Positions 54,319 through 64,000 of a stretch of 64,000 nt of DNA are shown here, in pieces (position 1 is the stretch's first letter; the number at the start of each line of letters is the position of its first letter). The notes beneath the pieces were generated by a model. The model was not told the origin of the DNA. It saw only the letters and a list, made by a program, of their open reading frames with translations, and did not search any database. A program made the position numbers and the translations under genes. This DNA is from Guillardia theta CCMP2712. Taxonomy: Eukaryota; Protista; Cryptophyta. The DNA lies in NCBI RefSeq assembly GCF_000315625.1, contig NW_005434597.1:271224-335223 (forward strand), written 5' to 3'.

Positions 54319-54957
54319 GTTTGCCTGTTGTAAGCAGATCAAACATCTCAGTTAAAATTAACATGTAGACATCAAACAACTGCACACTCTCATGCTTTTT
54401 CGATGAAGCTCACACTTGCGGAGGAGCTGTGATACTTTGCATGAAAATTCATAGCGACAAGGTCAAAAAACGAGGAAGTTTGATGTGACATAAGTTCTAA
54501 AGGGGCACAAGCAAGCCAAGACGACTTCCACACATCATACATGTGACATAGATGACATAGTCTGTATCACGGCTGCTCACCGCAATCGCGCGGCTTCCAA
54601 GCACCATTGGCCGAATGAGTCCCTGCATGATTGTTTCCTCTGTGTGAAGTACCCCACCCTTGGACTGTTGAACCACCCCACAGGGGTTCTGTCGAATAAT
54701 TCTGTACCCCTCTCAACAACACATGTGAGGTACCCCCACCCACTATGTCATATCGCAATACCCACCCTTTTCTATGTTGATACTTCCTCCTTAACCATTC
54801 CAAGTCATATTCGGAGTACCCCCACCCATATCATAAGTACTACCCTCAATAGAAAACTCAAACAAGCCCGCCTCATTGTAGGATCAAAACTCTCTCCGTA
54901 TCCATCCTCCACATCTAAACTCTTTCACATCTCAATGCGAAGACCATCTCTCTACCT

Positions 54958-54959
54958 GC

Positions 54960-54992
<33 letters not shown>

Positions 54993-54993
54993 T

Positions 54994-55033
<40 letters not shown>
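54958..55033 (+). repeat. (CAT)n microsatellite, intergenic
   Basis: About 25 units. Confidence 0.95.
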
Positions 55034-55035
<2 letters not shown>

Positions 55036-55237
55036 TCTACTTGCCATCCACATTTGCACTTCACTTTCCGTGGCCGTTACCATTGCTGGGGTCACACTGT
55101 CTGCTTGGATTAGTTGCTGTTTTCCAACGTTGGTTGAGCCGACGATGCCATAATTTACACAAAGAAAAATTATCTAGATCGCTTGTTCACAAAAGTACAA
55201 CCACAGTTGAGCCTGTGGCAGAAGTGTCATCGATTGT

Positions 55238-56328
55238 TCACTTGCTTGAATCCATTGGGAGTGTGCTTTGTTCAGGGAAAAACTTGTTCAAGATGGCCTC
55301 TGTTCGCTTTCTTGCTTCTGAGATGACTTGTTGCAAAAGTTTTCTGCTGACAGGCAGCCCTCCTGACTTGTTGAGAAAGAACGCATGCTCCTCTTCTTTT
55401 TCCGCCCCCCTCTGGACGTCCAGGATCACTGAGACTATCGAATGACAGTGCTTCTCCTCCTCGTCTGTAGGGTCCACCAGGACTTTCACGGGAACGTCTC
55501 CGAAGTCAAACAAGGCGAACGTATGGCTGATAGGGAACGACTGTATCACCAGGGGCACCGAATCTCCCTCAACCTCAGCCATTACATCGTTCTCCTTCAT
55601 CTCAACAGCAGGAAGCTTCGTGTCCACCAGGGCTGACAGCACTGCCAACATCGATGCGTCCTCGAGGTTTCCTCCGTGATTCAGACAGGTGACGTGGACG
55701 TCGACGACCCACACAGCAGCATCCTCTTTCATAACAAGAGCTGAGAGATCCACCACTCTTGCTTCATTGATGACCCTCGTCAGGTGCGCTGACAGAGCCT
55801 GAGCCTTCAAGTTTGCCTTCCTGTACCTGAAGTGCTGGAACCGTGAGGAGCATGCTGGCCCAAATTCCACCGTCACTCTCACGATTCCCTCCGCTCCCCT
55901 TGAAGCACTTGGACACACGACGCTCAGGTTGATCCCTGCTGCTACCACTGTCCTTCCCACCTTGACCATGGCAGATCCATCGGCAGAAGAGAAACAACCG
56001 CGATTGATCGAGATGTCTCGCGCATGCAGGAAAGATCTAGCATCCAGGCGGATGTCCTGTTGGAGAAACATGAGTGCGGGTAGACGAAAGACGAAGAGAG
56101 GTCAGAAGAGGAGGGAGGGATCGAGCAAGAGGGTGCACGCGGACAAGTGTAGGGCAACGAGCTGCACGGAAACTTGGATGGAGTTTGCATTGGGAAAAGA
56201 GGAGGAGGAGGAGGAGGATCTTGCAGCAAAGAGAACGAGAAGACGAGTGGCAGCAAGTCAACCTCTTCCAGCATCTTCCTCATTAGCATCTCCGGGAACA
56301 TCGCCCCTACTACCGCCTCCGCTGCCAT
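55238..56328 (-). CDS. RRP43: Exosome complex RNase PH-like subunit RRP43/EXOSC8
   Basis: IRLDAR, SSADGSAMVKVGRTVV, LCLNHGGN-like TCLNHGGNLEDA, ALVDTKLP, LVDPTDEEE, KSGG; first exon MAAEAVVGAMFPEMLMRKMLEE. Confidence 0.85.
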
Positions 56329-56851
56329 GCTGCAATTCCCGTTGACCCTCTGGTCAATGGTTTCCATTTTCGTAGGTATTTTCAAAATATTCTTGGAATT
56401 TTCGACTTTTGTCGAGCTAATTCAAACACACATTCATGTTTGGGGTCAACACGCCACTTCACGTGCACCCGGCTGCCCGGCAGTATGAGTCCGATCCCCC
56501 GGCCCGGGCGGGCCGGGCGGCCGCCGGGGCCCCACAGGCGGGCCGCGGGCGGACATTATGACGCACAACTGGTCACTGAGTGAACCGTGAACCGTGAACG
56601 GTTGTTTGGCCTGTGCCGACGGTTGAAGAGGCTCGCCGGGCGGCGTCGCCCGCTCTCTGCCTTGCCAAGTTGAGCATCCCGGATGATGGCCGGGAGCCTA
56701 TGCGGCCGCCGAGGGCAGGCTGCAGGCTGCACCGTGACGGTACGGTACGGTCACCGGGGCACGGAGCCACCAGAAGCCGCTCTGCCCTGAGATTCCGACA
56801 GGCTGAGGCCGGAGAGTGTAGTGTAATCGCGGCCGCGGCTTGCAAGCTGTC

Positions 56852-58770
56852 ACGTGTGGATCTGATTCTTTATTCAGCAGCTTCATGGTATCTTACCCTA
56901 CACTTGTAAGTTGTGAGCCGTCCCCCCCACTGCAAGTCTAAGACGTTCAATTGGCAAGCTGCTGGATTTGCTCAGTCACAGTCTCTCGCTCTTGTTCTCA
57001 CAGTCTGTTGCACTAGCGGCACAAAAACAGCTTCAAATGAAGGCCTACGCCTGACCAGCCCCTCCTACTCCTTCCGCTCCAAGTTCTACAGCCCTAACTG
57101 TGTTGTGAAAGTAGCCCTCGTCCTCTGGCCTTGGCACGTTGAGAGAGATGGAGCCTGGAGGAGGAGCAGCAGCCTCAGGGGAAGCAACGGGGGCGGCAGA
57201 TTTGACGTGTGATGCCGTCTGACTGGCGGCAGGTCTTCTGACGGTCAAGAGGACTGCACAGACCACCGCCACAACGAAGCAGAGAGACGTGAACAAAGCA
57301 ATGGTGATCTGTGAGAGTCAGCCGCTCAGTGGGTGAGATGTTACAGCGGCATCTCGCGCTTCACTCGGAGTACCTGAGTTTGCAGCTGGATGTTCTCGCT
57401 GACCATGTCATAGTTCCTTTCATACCCGATCATGGTGGCAGAGTATCGGAGTTTCCACTGAAAGGAAGTCAATCATCCCAGACTGCTTGTCCCCTCTCCG
57501 TCACGTACTTTTCCGTTGATGCAAACACGTGCTTGTTGATACGCTTCAGTGCACATAGTATCTCCGTGTCGACAACTGACAGAAGCTCTTTGAGCCTAGC
57601 TATGATTTCAAGTAATCAGATCTTACTCTTTACAGCTGTTGTCTTTGCAGTATCCCTCCCAGTCGACCACACTCGTCTTGAAGTTGAACCTGTCGATGCA
57701 GCTCAGATCAGGTACGAGAGCAGGTACAAATACCCCCCGCCTGTGATGGACATTTGCTCCGCTTGACAAGTGCCATTGATGACTTTGGTCCCTGAGACGT
57801 ATACCGTCTACACATGGTTTGCTTCACAACATCGGCACACAGGACAGGAGAGCTGTGGAGCAAAAACTCACGGGAATACAGATAGCTGGGGTGTTGATGA
57901 GCTTGCCAACCAAAAGGTTTCCCCCGCACCCCGTTCCCACACATTGAATCTCATCTGTAACCAGGAAAGTGTTCTCCTCAATGCGGCCGCAGAATCGATT
58001 CTTGTTCTTCACGTGAATGTAGCCAGTGGAATACAAATGCCCTGAGCTGCACAGCAATCAGGCTCAAACAAATCGTATCGTCTGATTGCAACTCATAGCA
58101 ACTCACTCGTAGCTCTTGGAAACAGTATCCGACACGATGTCCTGTCTGGTGTTGCAGAAGTCGTACTCATCTGGTAGATCTCTTTTCTTACAGACGCTGC
58201 GTATCTTGAGCGATTGATATTGACTGTAGTGGGCGCCTACAAGAGCTCTCTGCTGCTCAGTGTATCTGTCCAGGGCGTTCAGGGCGGACGAGAACTTATT
58301 GAGAGTGAAGTCGTTGGCACAGTATTCATCCGTATCGCAGTCACAGTCGGTTCGGCACTGCACGCACACGCCGATGTAGATGTTATCCACCACCTTTGTG
58401 TCCAATGTCGCCATGCCTTCGTCGTTCCAGAGCGGCATGCAGATTGGGTAGTCCTTGTCATCACAATCAGCCTGAACGTTGCACTGCTTGTACGTGTGAT
58501 CGTCAGCTGCAACGGGTCCCGCTAGGAGGAGAAGCGAGAGGAGGAGGAGGAGGAGGAGGAGGAGAGGATTTCGTACAATGCTTGCTCCCTGCATCATTTT
58601 TCGTCTTGCTCGCGGTCTCCCCATCTAACCTTGAAAGTTTGACAAGTGGTCCCCCACCCCCCACCCAGCCCCTTCCAAATGGGCTTCGAAGTACCGGTAC
58701 TGTACCATTACTGGTCAGCACTACGATGACTGCTGTCCCCTTTGCTCGTCGTGATGTTTCCGCTGCTTCC
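56852..58770 (-). repeat. Inverted segmental duplication, right arm
   Basis: Reverse complement of 50305-52193 with scattered substitutions and an upstream indel. Confidence 0.97.
57045..58597 (-). CDS. Cys-rich single-pass surface protein, paralog B2
   Basis: First and last exon translations identical to B1 apart from the signal peptide. Confidence 0.85.
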
Positions 58771-59360
58771 AGTCATCTCATCTCACTGAGTCATGTCATC
58801 ATAGTGTCATGTCGTGTCATGTCACACACTGTCTGTGTTAACTGGACTTGAACTTAAATGCGCGTCGCGTTACCGGCATTGGGCTCGCCGGACCTTGGCG
58901 GCGCGGCCGCACACCGTCGTGGCACTAGGCTGCTCCGCCGGGCCTGGGCGGCCCCGGCGGCCCGGCCGGGCCCGCCGCCGCAGTCACTTCAAGTCAGTCG
59001 GACCCTCCTTCAAGACCCGGCAACACCGTGTACAACAACTAGATGAAAATGGCGATCGGGTACGGTACAAGCGATCATGACAGGAAGGAGAACTTTGAAG
59101 AGCATGAGAGGAGAGAGGAGGAGAGAGCAGAGCTTTAGCAGCAGTTAGAGGACAGGGATGGGATGGGAGGATGTTGGAGAGCAGTGTGAGGGTGAGGGCG
59201 AGGGAGTGGTGTGAAGGAATCCCTAGTTGTTGTTTGTTGGCTGATTTCTGTCTCTTCCTCAGATTTGTGACATCCTCTACCTCTGAGTCGAAGGAATACC
59301 GAATGATATGAGGGAAGACCATGGTGTCTTTAGAGAGGATAGATTGAAAGCTGTCAAGTC

Positions 59361-61185
59361 ATGACCGGAGCACGGCCGTGCCAGAAGGTTTGGAAGGTCC
59401 AGGGAGTGACGTTGTTCTGCCTGTTCCTGTTCCTGTTCCTGTGCTGTGATGGTCTGCTTGTTGAGCGGATGCGTGGAGGGTTGGCAAGAGTAGCTGGTTC
59501 CAAGGCTCCGAAGCCGACAGCAGAAGCACGCAGGGTGTTGAGAGGCAGGACGGAGATCGTCGTCACGAAGCGCAAGCAGGGGATGAAGAGAGGAAGGGTC
59601 AAGAGCAAACCGACGCAGAGTTCGATCCTCCTTGACATGAACTCCTCGGCAAGCGACGAGATGGACTTGTCAGCCGCCGCCATGCCGAGCTTGAACGTCG
59701 CCTCCGACAGTTTGTGGTCCAACGGCAGGGAAGATGGTGCCGCCCACGAGGACGCTGAAGCTCTGCTGGACGAGTTCGATCACATGCAGGCAGCCATGCT
59801 CAACGAGTCAGTGAAGCGCCGCGTGGCGGCAAAGAGCAGCCGACCGGCTCGGCCTTCCGGCTCCCCACTGCGCGAGGCTCGTGCGCAAAGCAGGCGATCA
59901 CCGCAGAAGAGGAACGCGCCGACGAGGAGCAAGCTGTCAGCGGCAGAGGCTCAAGTGAAACACTAGCGAACGATTGTCTCCTCCCTCCTGTCTGATCTCT
60001 GCTTGCCAGGTGCTGGATCAGATCTGCGGCAACAACTCGGGGTGACTGCACCTCGACATGCGCGAGCCGGTTAACGTTGTGACAGTCTGGTCGAGACCAA
60101 CTCAACTCTCTTCTTCGGGCTTGCGCTGACGCTTCACCGCAAGTTCAACGATCATCTCAGGTATGTCCACTGCGAATCAGTGCAGAGGTATCGAGTCTGT
60201 TCATCACAAGTGAGGATCTTTGGTGGGGTCAACAGGGCAGAGCGCTTCTATATCAAGTCCATCTCCTTGAATCAGAGCGATCCTACCGTCTTCTACTGGT
60301 GATCGCGTTTCTCCCTCCTCTCCGACTTTCTTCTCGTCTCCTCCGCCCCCCTGCTCCCCTCTCGCTCCCCTCTCGCTTCCCTCCGTCCCATCTCCCTCCA
60401 TTCCTCCTTCCTGGCTCTCACCTCCCTTGGTGGCTCTTCCCTCGCTCTTCCCTCTCATGCTCTCTCCCTCCTCCTCGTCTCCTCCCTTCCTAGTTGCTCT
60501 CGTCTTCTCTTCTGCTCACCGTGACCGCCAGGTGGTCCAAGTGCCTTCTCGAGCAGTACGAGAGCAGCGCCAACGCCACCAAGTTGTCTCTAGCGATGCA
60601 TGCGGTCAAGAGGTCTGTCAAGCATACAGGCGTAGCCAAGTGTTTGACTCATGATCCTCCTCTTGCTCCTCCTCTGCCTCCTCCTCCTCTTGCTCCCCTT
60701 TGTCCGCCTGTGCCTCTTCCTGCTCCTCCCCCCTCCCTCCCTCCCTCTTCCTCAGGGGCCTCGAGAAGTTTCCCAGCCACGTGGACCTGCTGGTTCTCCT
60801 GGCAGAGATGCACATCCGACACTTCCAAGGGAAGAGGCCTGGGACCGGGGCAGAGCCATGGGAGGATGCGGTGCTGCGGTGACGATGCGAGCTGCTGCTG
60901 CTGTGTCTGGCAAGTGACCTGGTGGTGGCAGGAGCGTTCTGGAGATGAGTCCCTACCACCCTCATGCTCGTGCTGCGTGGATTGAGTTCCGCTCTCAAGG
61001 TCCCTCGTCCTCGTCCTTGTCCTTGTCCTCGTCCTTGTCCTTGTCCTTGTCCTTGTCCTTGTCCTTGTCCTTGTCCTCGTCCTCCATCCCCTCTACCATC
61101 TCGTCCTTGTCCTCGTCCTGCTGTGATGGAAGTCTGAAAGTTGTCCGCAGCTTTTGACAAGTTGGTGCGACACCGCGCGGGCTGA
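59361..61185 (+). CDS. TPR-like protein with signal peptide followed by RMRGG (multi-exon)
   Basis: TLFCLFLFLFLCCDG signal; AERFYIKSISLNQSDPTVFYW, GLEKFPSHVDLLVLLAEM and ALEMSPYHPHA are TPR-like helices. Confidence 0.6.
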
Positions 61186-61327
61186 AGTTCGTCCTGCAGC
61201 CCGTTCTACCTCTCATGTCTCTTGACGAGCATGAATGTAAGTGATGTAATACTCTTATGAACAAGTTGTAATCGAGTCAGAATTCCTTAATCAACCATAA
61301 AAATCTTGAAAATGTTGTTATAATGAA

Positions 61328-62751
61328 TCATACCCTTGAAGTGCTGAAAATGGAAAAGAACGCCTCAGTGGAGAAGGCCGCATGGCAGCAAAACTCTCTT
61401 GTCCGGGACGGTGACCTTGGCAGACGTGGAAAAATCTTGTCGTGTGAATGACTACAGGGACGGACTAGAAGCTACCAAAGAGAACTCGGTCCACTTGGCC
61501 GTAGCGCTTGCTACCGAGGAGTTTGTTCTGACAAGACTGGTAAGAGGCAGCAGCGAGGATGGAGGTGTGTTGTAGTCTCACAGCAGCCTTACCATAGAGG
61601 AGATGGACTTGGTCAGAGTCTTCTTTGCTGACTGAAGATCCTTCATGGCCTCCCTCCTCTCCTCCCTCCTCTCCTCCCCTCGGGACTCTGACCGATCGCG
61701 CCAGGCCTGGTCGTCCCTCCTCCCCCTCCCCCTCCCCCTCCTCCTCCTCCTGCTTCCTCCCGCTTCCTTCTTCGTCGACAACTCGTCTCTTGAAGATGAC
61801 AGCGCATGGACGGCCCCGAGCAGCAAGGACGGAGAGTTTTGGCGCTGCTTGAAACCTTGTTTCGACTCCTCCACAACCCTACGAGCGGCTGCGTCTGCCA
61901 TCTTGGAATCTTTAGCCCACAGCTGCTCCTTGGACAAGGGAGCTGACTGGCTGTGTCCGGGCATGTGGTGCTTGTAAGGTCTCTTCATGCCGCTGGAGAG
62001 GAAAGAAACAAGTTTGCGCTCGTCATTCTTGCTCAGCACAGGCTGCTGGTGTTGCTCACTGTGCAGGAACTGCTTGACGTCCACGTGAGCGGAGTGCTGG
62101 TACCTCCTCTTGCTCCTGCTACGATCTTTCTGCTGCTCCTCTATGGCCTGGTGGAGCAGTTTGGCGCTCTCCTTGGACTTGATGGAGACTCTTCCCACCG
62201 TCTTCCTCATGAGCGACTTGCGAAGTGCTTCCTCCTTCTTGTAGTCTCTTCCCTGACAGCCCGCACATCACCGCCGCTCTCCTCCACTTCCATGCACACA
62301 CCTGATCCTTCAGCGCATCTCTGAACAGTCGAACATCGTCGTTCTGCCTTCCAAGTCACTGTTCTCCTCCTCCTCCTCCTCCTCCTCCTCCTTCAGTGCT
62401 CACCTCCCGATCCCCCCTGCTCTTCCTCTGTGTCACGCTGTTGACATCCTGCAAGTCTTTCCTCTGTCTGACGAGCTCGCGCTTCTCCGACCTGATCGCC
62501 TCTCTCAGCCTGCCATACCATGAGCACGGGGTTCCACCATCCCGTCAGCCTCTTTACAGTGAAGCGTCGTTCGCAAGCACAACCCCCGACTTGGCGGCTT
62601 CATGGCCCACGGGAGAAGAGGCAAGGAGGAGGAGGAGGAGGAGGAGGATGGGGAGGAGGAGGAGGAGGAGGGAGGGAGAGAGGGCGAGCAGAGTCGCTCC
62701 CAGAGGCCTCACACTGCATGCGCCCCCTCCCTTGACGTCACGCCATGCCAT
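61328..62751 (-). CDS. Hypothetical basic coiled-coil protein with N-terminal hydrophobic segment
   Basis: Poly-Leu signal/TM, spliced to LREAIRSEKRELVRQRKDLQ and ORF 61578-62210; 3' end uncertain. Confidence 0.5.
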
Positions 62752-62832
62752 CCCAATGCGGGATGAAAGAAGGGTGGGGTTGTTTCATAAGGCTTTTTGG
62801 GGGTAGGGGTAGAGGTTGTCGGGGAAGTCGCT

Positions 62833-63598
62833 ATGGGGGTGCCAGTTGTGGACATGGCGGGGGGGGAGGAGGAGGCGGCGCGACGGATGAGCGAAGCATG
62901 CAGGGAGTTCGGGTTCTTCTACCTGGTGGGCCATGGCGTCGAGGAGGAGCTGAGAGCGAAGCTGTACGAGGAGATGCGAAGGTTCTTCGCTCTCCCTGAG
63001 GGGACGAAGGAGAAGTACCACACAAGGACCAACAGCTACAACAGAGGTTGGACGCCAATGGAGGAGGAGACGCTGGACCCGTCGAAGCAGACGCGAGGAG
63101 ACACCAAGGAAGGATACTACATTGGAAGAGAGATCCCCCTCGAGGGCCACCCCATGTCGGGGAAGCCGCTCCATGGCCCCAACGTGTGGCCGTCGGAGGA
63201 GGAGCTACCGGGATGGAAGGAGACTATGGAGAGATACTTTGAGAGCGTCTCCATGGTCGGGCACAGGCTGCTGCGCCTCCTCGCGCTCTCGTTGGCAAGC
63301 TTGAGACGCCCTCTCTTCCTCGGAGACTGACACGCTGCAGGGGCTGGCAGCTGACCACTTTGACGAGGACTTCAGTCAGCCAATGCTCTTTCTGCGGCTG
63401 CTCCACTACTCGGAGATCAAGTCGTCGGTGGATGAGGAGGGGAAGGGAGTCTACGCATGCGGCGAGCACACGGACTACGGGATGATCACCCTCCTCTCGA
63501 CCGATGAGAACCCCGGACTGCAGATCAAGGTGTTCTTGTCCTCTACTCCGCTCTTGCTCTTGCTCTTGCTCTTGCTCTTGCTCTTGCTCTTGCTCTTG

Positions 63599-63633
<35 letters not shown>

Positions 63634-63792
63634 TTCCCACTGTTGATCCTACTCGTACCTTATGCTTTACTCTTCCTATGCCTCCTCTAACGCCTTCGCA
63701 GCTGAAGGATGGGCAGTGGATTGACATTCCTCCTCGCAAGGTGACTGGAGAGAAGAAGGAGGAGAGGGAGGAACATCAGGAGGAGGAGAAAG

Positions 63793-63834
<42 letters not shown>

Positions 63835-64000
63835 CGGAGGAGGAGGAGTCGGAGTCGGAGTCGGAGTCGGAGGAGGAGGATGAGTAGGAGAAGGGGTAGG
63901 AGTAGGAGTAGGATGATGATGAGGAGGAGTTGTAGTAGTTTTGTAGTAGTAGTAGTAGGAGGAGGAGGAGGAGTCGGAGGAGTAGGGAGTAGGGAGGGGA
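62833..64000 (+). CDS. 2-oxoglutarate/Fe(II) dioxygenase (DIOX_N + 2OG-FeII_Oxy), truncated by window end
   Basis: VPVVD, ACREFGFFYLVGHGV, FFALP, NRGW, GPNVWP, LRLLHY, HTDYGMITLL, PGLQI. Confidence 0.95.

Noticed and set aside
50305-58770. Composite transposon or Polinton interpretation of the inverted arms
   Set aside because: No transposase, integrase or polymerase and no target-site duplication; arms are spliced host-like genes
63760-64000. (TAG)n/(GGA)n tract as possible telomere
   Set aside because: Mixed low-complexity sequence following a GT donor inside the dioxygenase gene

Overview
Intron-rich eukaryotic nuclear DNA with short (~45-60 nt) GT/GC-AG introns, many intronic microsatellites and two 100-N scaffold gaps. 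Gene content (VPV-repeat epiplastin, bipartite-targeted Hsp101) suggests a cryptophyte alga such as a Hanusia/Guillardia relative; this assignment is inference. About 22 protein genes plus one tRNA-Asp(GTC). Recognisable genes: TKL-like pseudokinase, YVH1/DUSP12-type Zn-domain protein, Kelch/Cys-rich type I membrane protein, epiplastin-PDZ, ARM-repeat/SH3 protein, ClpB/Hsp101, GDP-L-fucose synthase, SPRY-SAM protein, TTLL, a giant acidic protein, cyclophilin, exosome RRP43, a TPR protein and a 2OG-Fe(II) dioxygenase. Most notable: (i) a near-identical 1.9 kb inverted duplication of an unknown Cys-rich surface-protein gene bracketing a 4.7 kb housekeeping block, with a third diverged paralog nearby; (ii) a dispersed ~33-48 bp non-coding motif, once forming an inverted repeat, associated with CCGG-dense islands upstream of genes; (iii) an unrecognised ~113-aa domain repeated three times between ARM repeats and an SH3 domain; (iv) a SAM domain apparently inserted inside a SPRY domain. 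Exon boundaries were assembled by eye and are approximate.
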